Assembly: GCA_965285935.1 (NCBI GenBank)
Contig: OZ260661.1
Span: 33,108,001-33,172,000 of the forward strand
DNA: 64,000 bases
Source: Ophelia neglecta
Lineage: Eukaryota
Reading direction: 5' to 3'
Below the pieces are notes generated by a model. That model was given only the letters and a program-made list of their open reading frames with translations, ran no database searches and was not told the origin of the DNA. The position numbers and the translations under genes are program-made. Below, in pieces: positions 40,342-64,000 of the stretch (position 1 is its first letter; each line of letters starts with the position of its first letter).

Positions 40342-42824
40342 TGATATGCATTTGCAACCAGTATTACATTGTTTAAACATAACATATTTATATGCTGAAA
40401 ACATGAGTTGATAACATTCCATAACGTGTTTTCATTCTCATTTCACAAGGTTATTGAAAACGGCTCAGTGGCGATGTTTGGGAGCATAAATGATCTTGAT
40501 AAGACCCAAGTAAGCGATCTGGAACAAATGATAGAGAAGCCAACTCCGGTCAATGAATCTGGAGGGAGTAAACTTTGCATTAGTTCTGAACACTGAGACT
40601 AACAAACATATGCACTATGAAGACAAATTTACTTAGAAAATATGTACAAATAATAATTGTTCGAAATATCATAAAAGTTAATAGTCAACAGGACCAATCT
40701 AAGATCAGTGGATATATTTTATATGTATAATAATAAAACAAATAAGAAAAATAATATTTTATTGTGAATATGACTCTAAAAGCTTAAATAATTGATGAAT
40801 GACCATAACTATAACAGTTATATGCATTGATAGAACAGTGATTGGAATCAAATAAACACAAAATGCAGGAATGTTTAAAGCCTTTGTCATTAGACACGTA
40901 CAATTTCATTTAAGCGTTAATATGAAAACTTACCCTATAACCGTCGTCGTGCAACAGGGTTTGAAGTAACGTGGGAGTGGTGAAGTTGCTTACCATAAAG
41001 CTCGTAGGCCTGATTAAGCGTTCAAATAAAGAGAATAGACAAAGGTAAAAGCTCCGGTATCAATATGACAATGAAAACACCCATTCTGCCCTAGTGCATT
41101 TAAGAATGCCCACACCTTTGTGGTTATTGTTTTAATAACTGCATTATAAACAACTAGCCAGCTACTAGTTTATAATATTTCTAAGTGTCCGTCCTCTTCC
41201 CAGCTTACTGATTTCATAGCATTCGTTTATTTCATTTTGTGTCCGCGAAATGCCAATAATAATTTATTTCGGTTCCGAATGATTGAAGCCTTGTGCCGAT
41301 CGATTTGATCGCTGCTAAATAACACTATAAACTATTTTTAGTCGCAATTGGGTGGATATAACTATAACGTCCTTTTTGGAAAGTTTTACATGTAGTAAAG
41401 TCATTTAAAATGTTTATGTTCGAATGAAACGTATTGTATTGCGGTTCTGTTTTTAACCTTATTACATTTGATTAACTTGCTCACGTTAATGGTAATTGCC
41501 AGCACCAATTTCCACTCTGTATACAAAACTGTTAATAATAATAGTAAATCTAGGTTATAACTGCATGGAATAATTTTTTACCCTCTTCCATCTATTTAAG
41601 CATGGTATTCATTGCTGTTGAAACAGTTCAAACCGTGAAACTCATGCTGATACATGCAAGTATTGTTCACACGCAAATGCCTGGATGTGTACGCATTGAA
41701 CATTAACAAGTGGTGTGGATAGCTGTCCAGCATGCACTATGACTGAAATCAATCAAAAAAGTTACAATAAGATAATAAAATTGTCGTTTGGCCATTCGTG
41801 ACAGAAATGATTCGCCTTGCATACTGCAATTTACAAATGAATCAACTGCAAGTAATATCCTTTGTCGGCTCCTCATTCCGCCGTCCATTGACTTGTTTGA
41901 TCCGCCCTAAAAGCGGGCGCATTTCTCGATTACTGATAGAAAAATGTTGCTGTTGGACAAAACGATATCCCGAATTGTATCACACTGTATATAACACAGA
42001 TCTCCGTTTTACTATTTCACTTTTAAGATAAACGTCATGAGTGCCAAGCAGTTTATATATCCTTGTCTAGTAGCTCCCAAATTGCTGGCCCTGTTGTAGC
42101 TCGACATTATTTTCCACCCGAGAGTCACGCCACTTATTCAAATCGGTGAACATATAGCTTTCCGTGCTGAAATTCTGCATCTAGCACTAGCTCACATGCA
42201 CTTGTCCATCATAGCCTTGGCGACACTGAAAGACCTGCAAGACCTAATATTATATAAACGCTTTACTTAATTTTAAATATCTCATATATGCCCATTTCAA
42301 TATATATACCTCAATAGTAAAAAAGAAATAATCAGCTGTACTTACCACTTTCCAGCTTGCTGGTCTACTTTAGGATGTCACCTCCCGTAAGGATTGTTCT
42401 GTCGAAACTCTTACACTAATAATTGACTGCTTTGCTATGTTCACATTTGATCAGTTCGGCCTCGGATGTGTCTGAACAAATTGGTTAAGGACTTTTGTGG
42501 GAAATACATGTCTAATTCAGAAAATGTTGTGTCCCTTATATGGAAACCTTCCTCACTCTCATCAATAACATTATTTTCATTATTTTGGCTATATTTATTA
42601 TTTATTTAATTAAAATACCTCAGACTATATTTAAGTGAAATTAGGACTTGTTAAATCCTAATAAGTATTCCGCCAGGATTGCATAGGTTCAACATACGAT
42701 TGATATCTCTCTTTAGGACTGTTCATGTGTAGGTTCCAGTGTTGCCATTTTTTTTACACTAATTTAGTGAAAGACTGTAATGTTCTTTAAAGTGCGATGT
42801 ATTCCAAAAAAATTGGGAAATTGA

Positions 42825-43725
42825 TGTGGGCAGACATTAATTACTGTTAAATGAAACTACTATACACTGTGTGCATAACCCCTAGTTTCATTAACTACTG
42901 TCACCAGCGTTATTCCCGCTGCCAACTGTGATTTCGGTATAGGCTGTTAATTTATTTGTGTGGCCATGCAATACGACGATTGGCCTTAAGTACCAAAGCA
43001 AACTTGCATAGGGTCCCGTCCAGCGTTCAGTCACTTGCCGGACTGAGACCGTCACGTTAGCTCCTAACGCTGCCGTTCCTTACGGAAGCTCACGTGTAAG
43101 TTACCATCGTATTTCATTTATTAAATAATATGTCTTATCCATTTACATAAGGTGTATCTTAAAATATTTATTGAGAGAACCCGACAGCAAGTAACTGTGC
43201 GATTGTATAATATAACACTGTGCCATTTCAGTAATTCCAATAATGTTAATAAAACAGTTGACCGTTACATGAAACAAATATATTGTATTTTATTGTAGCG
43301 CAAGCTAAACCTACAGTCAGCCTTATTCTTTTGCAATTGTGTCTATACGAGTACCAGTTCTTTACTTGGTAAGTTGTGTCTAAGATAGAGAGAATAAGAT
43401 ATTATAAACGTAATTCTGACAGACTATTAAACAAGCAAAAACTTTAATTTAAATCATTGAAAAATCTGTATTATTTAGTTTTCATCACGAAGGACGAACC
43501 ATGATTGTAAAATGCAGGCATATGACTTGTATGTATAAATGCGTATTACCATGTGTTATTTTAATCTATTTCCTTTATTGTAACAGCGACCAATTGTTAT
43601 ATATATTTACACCTATATGAACTGTACCAATAAAACCACCTATTCCATATTAAATCGCTGTCCCTTTTATGCGTGATTCTTTGGTATCACGGAAGTAAAG
43701 AGATAATCATAATAATTGCACTACA
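42825..43725. mobile_element. Solo LTR (901 bp), probably Gypsy-type
   Basis: Starts TGT, ends ACA, flanked by a 4-bp TSD (TTGA). The empty site (GAAA-TTGA-TAATA) is visible in the array units, e.g. about 13005-13020. Internal AATAAA at about 43629. Confidence 0.85.
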
Positions 43726-44394
43726 TTGATAATAGTGGAAAAAGTCCGGGAAAAATAAAAGACGACTTTTAATCAAAGTACACACTATAATATAGTGCTC
43801 TTACAACTTGCTTAGTTGTGCTTGCCCGCAATCTTCATCGCATCGAGTGCAGGTAGTCGTAGTTTTGTTGACAATAAAATACATCATAAAGTACAAACAA
43901 GAACAAATAATATAAAACGAGTATATATGTACTGTGTAAAAGATATCAGTCTGATGGTAATCTATATGCCATTTAGTATTTCTTCTTTATCTAATCATCA
44001 GAATAAAGCCTTTAAGAAGCCGATCACGAGCCTGACCCGCTGGCTTGGAGCCAATTAGTATTTCTAAAGGTTATGTTACTTTTTCATGTTGACGTACAAG
44101 CTCTCTGAATAAAAGTCCCGATATTGTTTTTTATCGTGACTATATATGGCAAACACAGCGTGCCCTGATGTATAAGTAAGTACTTGGTTCAGACAAAGAA
44201 CCTTTTCACCTGCGCATGGCATTTGTCGCCTTAAACATCGTTTATAATAAGGGTAGTGATGTAACAAGTTACTTAACACAGGTGAAATTTGTGTCAATAA
44301 TTTATTCAGTAACGGTGTTGGTACTGAGTATCTGACGCCGGAGTTCTTAAACAGAAATCTTGGCTCTGAGATGTTACATGCCGTGCTCTTGGTT

Positions 44395-44455
44395 CTGCTC
44401 TTGCTTCTCTCTCTTGGCTCTCTCTCTCTTGTCTCTCTCTCTCTGGTCTCTCTCG
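44395..44455. repeat. Imperfect (CT)n microsatellite
   Basis: CTCTTGCTTCTCTCTCTTGGCTCTCTCTCTCTTGTCTCTCTCTCTCTGGTCTCTCTC. Confidence 0.85.
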
Positions 44456-45298
44456 GCTGTAAGATACCCAGGTGATCTATATCGAAAGATATAATGGCGA
44501 CAAATGGCTATACGAAGATTGTGGGAGGCCCAATGCTGGTATTCGTTAGAAGTGTTACCCCCCATTTTCTGAACTATGTGCCTTTACAGAAAGAGAGGCA
44601 CGTATAGCCTGCAATCCTGTTCATTTGCAGTTAGACAGTAATAACAATCAAGAAGAATACAAAGGTAGAAAGAACAATATCAAGAGTGGGAATGCAAGAA
44701 GTTTTGCTTCAGGTGTTGATGAAATAAAGCAAGGGGGTTTTGGCTCAGCTAGTAGTGTTCCCTCAAACCATGAAATAAAGCAACTGCAGAAAATCCCTGA
44801 AAGGCCAGACCCATCATGTGTCGTTTGTAAGGGCAAACACAGCCTAGAATCATGCAATGATTTCCTAAAAATGAGCTTAAAAGAGAGGCAGAGTATTGTA
44901 CAATCAAATGGGCTATGCTTCACCTGTTTCAAAGGTAACCATCAAATCCGCGAATGTAGGGGTGGTAAAGGCTGTGATAAGTGTGGAAAAAGACATAATA
45001 CCACACTGCTGTGACATAATACCACACTGCTGTGAAAGCGCTGTATGTGGCTGCTGTGTGTGTTTTCTGAAGAATTGTGTTAGCTGTATTTTAGTGTTTT
45101 TTTTTTATAAGACAAGGAATAGTTTTGGTTTATATGAGTGATGAGAGTTTGTGGATCGTACTGGGAAAGTGTCTCTTCTTTAGGACTGATGGTTATCCTG
45201 TTTTTTATTGGAAAAGTGATTTCATTTTGTGCATTTTGGAGATTGTTGGCCTAGTTTCTCATGTGACATGAGTTGTGACAGGAGTTGTGTTTAGCTGT

Positions 45299-48200
45299 AT
45301 GTTTGTTTTGCTGCTGCTGTCAGCTATAGCCATGTGTTTTGGAGCTACTTGTCAAGCTAAGCAAGCTGTGAACCCTATTGTGATATCAGTGGTGGAACGT
45401 TCACGGTTCAGAGGAACTAGAGGTGGGTCAGGCCGGCCTAAATATCAGGTACAATCTCAGTGTGATGTAAACACTGATGTCAACACTGTACCTGTAATCA
45501 TTAGAAACAGGAGGACTGCTTTTCCCTTTCCATCAAGTAATGTTTACTTTCAGCAAAATGGATGCAATCAGACAAACTTAGTTCCTATTCCCAGGGATCT
45601 TACACAAGTAAATGATGTAAGGCCGATCTCTATTTGCAGTATTAATGCCAGATCTGTTAAAAACAAGACTGTGTCTATATCAGACTATGTGGTTACAAAT
45701 GAAATTGATATTTTGGCCATTACAGAAACTTGGTTGTGTACGGACATTGATAAGGTGGTCATCAATGAGTTAGTGCCAGCAGGTTATGATATTATACATG
45801 TCCCTCGCCAAAATGGAAAACTTGGAGGAGGTGTGGCTGTACTCTATAAACAGGGTATTACTGTGAAACTGGTTAACTCAACATTGGACAAACATTACAC
45901 ACATTTTGAACACTTGAATTGTGATGTTACTCTCGAGGGAGGTCGTGCCCATTTGTGTGTTGTTTATCGCCCTCCACCTTCAAAGGCAAATTGTTTGACT
46001 ACTGCAAATTTTCTTGAAGAGTGGTCTTCATATATGGAGCAGCTTGATGAGGTGAGTGCAGGAGTTATGTTATTGGGTGACCTCAATTTCCATTTGGAGA
46101 ATGCTACAGACTTTGGTGCTCAGAAACTGTTTGCTATCCTGGATGCACACAATCTCACCCAACACGTGAAAGGACCTACTCACATTAAGGGACATACATT
46201 GGATGTGGTAATCACTCGTGATAGAAGTGTCATTCTCCATGGCAATCCAGAGGTGCGTAGAACATCTATTGGAGCTGATGATGGCTCTTCAATGCTGGAC
46301 CATTTTGCTGTGTTTATACAGTTGGATATTAGAAAGCCGTGTATGTCAAAGAAGACATTGTCATTCAGGAAGCTGAAATCCATATCAATTGATAAATTCA
46401 AGCAAGATTTACTAACTTGTGAGAATCTACAGTCTGATGAAAATTCTGATGATGAACTTGCATCATCTTATAACTCAGGATTGTTGAGTATACTTGATGA
46501 CCATGCACCAATCACCACTAAGTCATTCTCAGTAAGACCTCATAGTCCTTGGTATACTGAAGACTTGCGACGCATAAAGCGGGAGTGCAGGCAAGCTGAG
46601 AGAGCGTATCGGAAGTCTGGCCTTGTGGTTCATATCCAGGCTTATGATGATATCAGTGCCAAAGCCAACCGTCTACGTGATCAAACTAAACGTTCCTATC
46701 TGTGTGAACAAATAGCTGATGCACAGGGCAACCAAAAGGAACTATTTCAGATCACCAAAACCATATCTGGAGATAAGGGAGAGGCAAGGCTGCCCAGCTA
46801 CAGTTCTGCCATCGACCTTGCGGAGAAATTTGGTGATTTTTTCATGAAAAAAATTCTAAATATTAGAGAGAAGCTGCTGTTGTCAAACTTTCAAGGTGTG
46901 TCTCAGGGATCCGTGACTTTTGCAGATGTTGAACCTGGATTTAATGGAGTGCCTCTGACAATATTTGCCCCTGCTGGCCAGTTGGAAATTCGTACTTTGA
47001 TTCTTAGGTCTCCTTCAAAGTCGTGTGAGGCAGATCCTATTCCGACTTGGTTAGTTAAGGAGTGCATCAATGAACTGACTCTGATGGTGACTGGAATTGT
47101 CAATCAATCCCTATCAACTTCTTACGTTCCTGACTCTTTTAAGCGTGCAATTGTACGCCCTCTTTTGAAGAAGCCAGGCCTGGATCAGGAACTCCTTAAA
47201 AATTATAGGCCTGTGTCTAATCTACCTTTTATTTCCAAAATTCTGGAAAAAGTTGTTGCGAAGCGCATTGACTCTCATATTTGTGAACATTCACTAAGTG
47301 ATCCGCTTCAGTCAGCCTACAGAGCTGGTCACTCAACAGAAACGGCACTTCTTAGAGTTCATTCTGATGTTAATCAGGCGCTGGACAGTGGAAGGGTGGC
47401 TGTTCTCATTATGCTTGATCTGTCGGCCGCGTTTGATACGCTGGATCATGGCATTATGCTGAGGAGGCTCGAGCGCATGTATGGAATCAAGGATGATGCT
47501 TTGGGATGGATAGCATCATACCTCTATGAGCGCAAGCAGGTTGTGTCTATTGGTGGAAAGGAGTCCGATGAGAAAACCTTGTCCTTCGGTGTGCCCCAAG
47601 GGTCAGTACTAGGCCCAAAGATGTACTGCCTTTACTGTCGCCCAGTTGGGAACATCATTGAAAAGCATGATATGGAGTATCACAGCTATGCGGACGATAC
47701 CCAGATTTATCTGGTTCTCAAGTCACGACAGGATGTTCTCACATCTGTCAATCAAATAGAGAACTGTGTTGCAGATGTTAGTTCTTGGATGGAGACCAAC
47801 ATGCTGAAACTTAATAGTGAAAAAACTGAAATAATTTTCTTTTCCTCAAAACAAAATCATGTTGTTCCTGAGGACCTGTCATTCTCCTTGGGAGGGAGCG
47901 TGGTTAAACCTTCACTCTCAGTAAAGAATCTCGGGTGTTACTGGGATCAAGCTCTCTCCATGAACACTCAAGTGAAGGCACTGGTAAGGTCGTGCAATTA
48001 TCAGTTGCGGAACATTCGCCGGATTCGTCGCTACCTGACCGAGAGTGCATGCAAGACAATTGTTCAGGCTCTAGTTGTCTCGCGACTAGATTATGGAAAT
48101 GTTCTTCTGACAGGCCTCTCGCTATCACTCCTCAATAAGCTGCAGAAAGTGCACAACTCTGCAGCTCGAGTCATTACTGGCACCCCACGTGGTAATCACA

Positions 48201-48538
48201 TTACGCCTGTGTTAAAGGAATTGCACTGGCTACCAGTGAAGAGGAGAGTGGAGTACAAGGTGTTAGTTACTACTTATAAAGCAGTGAATGGTTTGGCTCC
48301 ACAGTACATCGCTGAACTTGTTGAAGTGTATGATGCTCAGCGGGAGTTGCGTTCCAGATCTAGATCACTGCTTGTTGTGCCGCGAATCATGACTGAGACA
48401 TATGGTCGTCGTTGTTTTAGACATGTGGCTCCTGTCTTCTGGAATGGCCTCCCAGAGAAAATTAAAAACTCAAATACATTACCGCTTTTTAAAAAAGCAC
48501 TGAAGACACATTTGTTTAAAATGGAGTATGCTTGTTAA
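45299..48538 (+). CDS. LINE ORF: apurinic-like endonuclease plus reverse transcriptase
   Basis: Open frame 45275-48538, first ATG at 45299. APE motifs: NARS, ITETWL, GGGVA, VYRPP, GDLN, TLD, DH. RT motifs: [37 protein letters not shown]2-type C-terminal motif [14 protein letters not shown]. Confidence 0.95.
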   Translation: MFVLLLLSAIAMCFGATCQAKQAVNPIVISVVERSRFRGTRGGSGRPKYQVQSQCDVNTDVNTVPVIIRNRRTAFPFPSSNVYFQQNGCNQTNLVPIPRDLTQVNDVRPISICSINARSVKNKTVSISDYVVTNEIDILAITETWLCTDIDKVVINELVPAGYDIIHVPRQNGKLGGGVAVLYKQGITVKLVNSTLDKHYTHFEHLNCDVTLEGGRAHLCVVYRPPPSKANCLTTANFLEEWSSYMEQLDEVSAGVMLLGDLNFHLENATDFGAQKLFAILDAHNLTQHVKGPTHIKGHTLDVVITRDRSVILHGNPEVRRTSIGADDGSSMLDHFAVFIQLDIRKPCMSKKTLSFRKLKSISIDKFKQDLLTCENLQSDENSDDELASSYNSGLLSILDDHAPITTKSFSVRPHSPWYTEDLRRIKRECRQAERAYRKSGLVVHIQAYDDISAKANRLRDQTKRSYLCEQIADAQGNQKELFQITKTISGDKGEARLPSYSSAIDLAEKFGDFFMKKILNIREKLLLSNFQGVSQGSVTFADVEPGFNGVPLTIFAPAGQLEIRTLILRSPSKSCEADPIPTWLVKECINELTLMVTGIVNQSLSTSYVPDSFKRAIVRPLLKKPGLDQELLKNYRPVSNLPFISKILEKVVAKRIDSHICEHSLSDPLQSAYRAGHSTETALLRVHSDVNQALDSGRVAVLIMLDLSAAFDTLDHGIMLRRLERMYGIKDDALGWIASYLYERKQVVSIGGKESDEKTLSFGVPQGSVLGPKMYCLYCRPVGNIIEKHDMEYHSYADDTQIYLVLKSRQDVLTSVNQIENCVADVSSWMETNMLKLNSEKTEIIFFSSKQNHVVPEDLSFSLGGSVVKPSLSVKNLGCYWDQALSMNTQVKALVRSCNYQLRNIRRIRRYLTESACKTIVQALVVSRLDYGNVLLTGLSLSLLNKLQKVHNSAARVITGTPRGNHITPVLKELHWLPVKRRVEYKVLVTTYKAVNGLAPQYIAELVEVYDAQRELRSRSRSLLVVPRIMTETYGRRCFRHVAPVFWNGLPEKIKNSNTLPLFKKALKTHLFKMEYAC

Positions 48539-48727
48539 TTTGGTGCTATTGACTAGTCAGCTTGTTTGGTGCATGCATGGTTTAACTGTGCCATGAACAT
48601 TATTATTATGTCTTTCGACTATCTTTTATTTTAACATTATTTTACCTTTTTGCTAAACTGAACTTTACCTTTTTGCTGATTGCTATTTATTTATCTTAAA
48701 AATTAAATTGATTGAAATTTTATGTAC

Positions 48728-48753
48728 AGCGCCTAGAGCCTTGGATAGGCGCT
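48728..48753 (+). other. LINE 3' terminal stem-loop
   Basis: AGCGCCTA-(10 nt loop)-TAGGCGCT immediately before the tail repeat, as known for the 3' recognition structures of L2-clade elements. Confidence 0.8.
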
Positions 48754-51050
48754 ATATAAATCAATAAATTATTATTATTATTTATTTTATTATTATACTA
48801 CACGATGAAACCAAATGTAAAACCACAGTATTTGAGGAATCCCATATAATAGCCCATCGAATCAATACCAACCCCCGTGATACAGATGAATGTTCCCATA
48901 GTATGATAGTGCCTGTCGAACTGTATCACAAGGATCACCCAGAAGAAAGTGTAGTAGTATATGCCCTTATTGATGAACAGTCAGACGCCTGTTTTGCTAC
49001 CAAATCTACTATGGACAAATTATCTGTGGTAGGACAGGCAGTCCAACTGAAAATAGCCACAATACTTACCGAGACTACTGTTACAAGCCTAAAGTTTAAG
49101 GGTCTGGTGGTTAGATCACTCGCAGGGGACACTGACATTAACTTGCCCAATGTGTATATAAGAGATGTTATCCCAGCCAAGTAGACTCAGATCCCCAGAC
49201 CTGAAACAGCAGAGCAATGGCCTCACCTAAAACCCATCGCAAATGATCTCCTTCCGTATTCAGAGAACGTTGAAATTGGGTTGTTGATCGGGATGAACTG
49301 TCCACGAGCCACCCGCCCCAGAGAAGTTATCACTGCAGGTGAAGAAGAGCTTTATGCGATAAGATCAGATCTAGGATAGGGTGTTGTAGGGGCTATGAAA
49401 CAGAGTGATATAAATAGTGACACTAGTATGTGTAAGCTGGTAGGTGTCAGCGAGACTGAGGACAGAGTTTGTCATTTCTCGTTCAGAACTCATGTCAAAG
49501 AAGAAGTTAGACCAGCTGAAGTACTAAAATGTTCCAGGTGGACTTTTAAGATGAATGCCATAGTGAAGAGGCTATATCTGTCCAAGACAGAAAATTCTTA
49601 CAACAGGTTGGAGAAGGGTTGCATAAGCGCATAGATGGACATACAGAGATGCCCCTTGCCTTCAAGAGAGAAGATATCCATCTTCCAGACAATAAGGAGA
49701 TGGTTGTCAAGAGGTTGATTAGTCTGTAAAGAAAGTTAATGAAAGACACTCAATACAGAACTGACTATGAAACCTTCATGGCCGATTTGTTATCGAAAGG
49801 GTATGCTGAAAGAGTACCAGAAGGGCAGGCTAAGCCTGGAGTGTGTGGTACATACCTCACCATGGGGTTTATCACCCCGGAAAACCCGGCAAGATCCGTG
49901 TAGTTTTTGATTGTAGCGCCAAGTATCAGGGAGAATCATTGAACCATGAACTTTTACAGGGTCCAGATCTGACGAACAATATGACAGGGATCCTAGTGAG
50001 ATTCAGAAAGGAACGTGTGGCCATAACCTGTGACGTGGAGGCCATGTTCCACCAAGTCGGAGTTGATACCAAAGATCGTGACTTTTTGAGATTCCTTTGG
50101 TGGGATGATGGTGACTATGAAAAGGAGCCAAAGGAGTTTAGAACGACTGTACACCTGTTATGGGCAACATCCTCACCAGGTTGTGCGAACTTCGCAATGA
50201 GGTCTATTGCTGAAAAGTACGAGACAGAGTATGGCAAGGATGTTAGTGAATTCATTAGAGAAGACTTTCATGTGGATGATGGACTCCGTTCTGTGGCAAC
50301 TCCATTAAAAGCCATAGAACTGATATCAAATAGTAGAAAACTGCTAAAGAAAGGTAGACTCAATCTCCACAGGTTTACCAGCAACTGTAAGGAAGTGGTG
50401 AAGGCTATTTCACCAGACATTCGGGCTGGCAACTTCAAGCAAATCGACCTCCTACATGACAACCTCCCAGTGGAGCGCACACTCGGTGTCCAGTGGTGCT
50501 TGGAATTGGACTCATTTCAGTTCCGCATCCAGCTTCAAGACCAACCACTTACCCGAAGGGGAATACTTTCGACAGTGTGTTCTATCTTCGATCCCCTCGG
50601 ATTAATTGCCCCATTCATCCTAGTGGGAAAGATGGTCCTGAAAGAACTTTGTAGGGACAATAAGAACCTCTCTGACGCGAGTATGGACGGCTACGGGGCT
50701 TGTAGCTACCTGAGACTGATAGATAAGCAGGGTGAGGTCAACTCCTCTCTGGTTATGAGCAAATCACGAGTTTCTCCTTCGAAGCCCATCACCATCCCTC
50801 GCCTCGAACTGTCTGCGGCAGTCATATCTGTGAAGGTTGGTTACTTCCTCAAGAAGGAGCTGAAATACAGAGACATAGATGAGTACTATGGGACAGATAG
50901 CAGGGTGACTTTGGGCTATATATCGAACGAGGCACGGCGGTTCCATGTATTCGTGGCCAATAGGGTCCAGGAAATAAGAAATCAAAGTGACCCCAGTCAG
51001 TGGAAGTATATCGGTACAAAGGAATATCCAGCTGACCTGTCTCTGTTTCA

Positions 51051-51200
51051 AGACCTTGGTGACACCGTGACTCACCGGGGCGGACCGCAGCAAGATCGGG
51101 AATAACCGTGGCGCCACCGGGAACAACCTTGAAGACACAGTGTTCTCACCGTAGCATCACCGGGCATTGTCGTATTTGCTCCGTGATTAAACCAGATCTC
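51051..51200 (-). mobile_element. Inverted fragment of the Harbinger-derived element at 6741, fused to the BEL fragment
   Basis: Reverse complement matches 6741-6860 (GAGATCTGGTTTAATCACGG...GAGTCACGGTGTCACC). Confidence 0.8.
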
Positions 51201-52024
51201 AACAAATTTGTTCAGACACATCCGAGGCCAATCTGAACAAATGTGAAGATAGCAAAGCAGTAATTCCTTTTATTCATTGCTAGTATAATATTGTATTTCG
51301 CCAGTTTTCACTAATGAAGTATGCCCCCTCCCCCCAAATTCCAACTGAAAACAGTTTGTATTGTTATTTAGCAGCGATCAAATCAATCAGCACCAGGCTG
51401 GAAGCATTCTCAATTACAGTAGGAACCGAAATAGATTATTATTGGCATTGCGCGGACACAAACAATTAATTAAACGAATACTATGAAGACGGTTAGCTGC
51501 GGAGAGGACGGAAACTTAGAAATATTATAAACTAGTAGCTTGCTAGTACTTTATAATGCTGCAATTAAAACAATTAGCACAAGGGTGAAAGCATTCTCAA
51601 ATACAGTAGGGCAGAATGGGTTTTTTCGTGGTAAAATTGATCCCGAATATTTTTAACTTTGTCTATTCCCTTTATTTGACCGCTTCATCGGGCCTATGAG
51701 CTATATGGTAAGCAACTTCAACACTTCCACGTTACTCCTAATGACAAAGGCTTTAAAAAATCCTGGTTTTTGTGTTTATTTGATTCCATTCACTGTTCTA
51801 TCAATGATGCATATACATATAATTATAAAGGTTATGGTACTTCATTCAGCGATTTTTTTTTAGCTTTTAGACTCATATTCACATTAAAACATCATTTTTC
51901 TTATTTGCTTATTATTATACACAAAGAATACATCTACTGATCTTAGTTTGGTCCCTTTGACTATTATCTGTTGTGATATATCGAACAATTATGATTTGTA
52001 CACATTTTCTAGGTAAACCTTTCT

Positions 52025-63108
<11,084 letters not shown>

Positions 63109-64000
63109 CTACAATATATAAAATAGAATGAAATGACTGGTAAATGTTTTGTTTATTAAAACCGTATTTGGTTCAGACACGGTGTTTTTAATTGATTTAT
63201 GAGAATGATAGCAACATTCAACAACAGATGATATATATATATACCAACAAATATAATTCTGACTATCAGGCTGGTGAAGTTATCATTTCATTTGATGCGG
63301 TGTGTGCAAAATATTGCGGTCCTAACCTGATAAGTGTCATTTAGTTTAAAGTTATATTCTATTGTCAATCTAACTTATAAACACAAATGTTTCGTAGTAT
63401 GAACAAAGTAAGATTTCACGGATCGTTTGACCTTTTGTGCAATTTTGAATCGCCCATACCCGTTTTACAACATAGTTTTGGGTCATAATAAATCAAAATA
63501 CATATGTACTCAATTATGCAAGTTGGGCATGCCTGCGATATTAGAAGGAACTGAATTTGTGGTCATAATCCGTAGGCTGGTTTTTAGAACAGGAAATAAG
63601 TTAATCGTCTAAATCAAGCGTAGTTGCTAGCATGCTAATCCACACACTTTTAAAAGTGCTGTGTCAGAAACTATTGGTAATTTCTCCAACAGCACCATGC
63701 AAGAGGGGACAGTTGAACGATTTTTTTTACTAATTCTATGAAAGTTTTGTAAAATCTGTTATCGCTTTTCATGGTGCTAAAATAAAATTTTCTATCTAGT
63801 AATGCTAACTTACTGGTATGGTCATGCTATAGTCATGCTAACTAACTGGGAATAATTATCTACTTAGCAATTTGTTAAGTAAGATGAATATAATTTTCTT
63901 GATAATGTTAGTTGACACAATATGTGATATGGTCGTTATTAAAAAGATATAGTTGTTAATTTCATTACAAGCTTATTTAAAGCAAAAACAGATAATGGGG

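Larger units (their letters stand above)
45009..48796 (+). mobile_element. L2-clade (CR1 group) non-LTR retrotransposon, apparently full-length single-ORF element
   Basis: Short 5' leader, uninterrupted APE+RT ORF, 3' UTR with stem-loop and (ATT)n-like tail. It splits the BEL gag at HNTT|LH. Confidence 0.9.
44500..51050 (+). mobile_element. Defective BEL/Pao LTR retrotransposon internal fragment (gag-protease-RT-RNase H), interrupted by a LINE
   Basis: Gag: YPPFSELCAFTEREARIACNPV and a triple Zn-knuckle C..C...H...C..LCF.C...H...C...C..C...HNTT|LHD, resuming at 48798. Protease YALIDEQSD. RT: WYIPHHGVYHP.KPGKIRVVFDCSA, GPDL, CDVEAMFHQV, FHVDD. RNase H: SDAS..GYGAC, TIPRLELSAA, FVANRV. It has stops, frameshifts and an internal deletion at about 50660. 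No LTRs or integrase in the window. Confidence 0.9.

Noticed and set aside
42050-42250. Minus-strand LSGGK motif as another ABC remnant
   Set aside because: It is surrounded by stops and lacks a proper Walker B spacing, so it is likely chance.
45275-45620. 2A/StopGo peptide at the LINE N-terminus
   Set aside because: No D(V/I)ExNPGP motif is present.

Overview
This is AT-rich, intron-containing animal genomic DNA, probably from an invertebrate (inferred from the transposon repertoire). The window holds a local cluster of short-form (no TMD0) ABCC4/MRP4-like ABC transporter genes. Copy A (+, last 8 exons, 202-5372) is followed by copy B (+, complete 25178-40596), which carries a frameshifting deletion and a nonsense codon. 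Copy C (-, 52025 to beyond 64000) lies tail-to-tail with B. Between A and B are Harbinger-type DNA elements, a second paralogous ABCC4 first exon (9230-9438) and a recent 5-unit tandem array (9279-23830). The array amplifies the 3' part of that exon, its splice donor and a decayed ABCC4 exon. Between B and C are a solo LTR and a defective BEL/Pao retrotransposon interrupted by an intact single-ORF L2-clade LINE. I found no rRNA, tRNA, CRISPR or prokaryotic features. Exon coordinates were read by eye from GT/AG boundaries and frame continuity, and no database searches were run.
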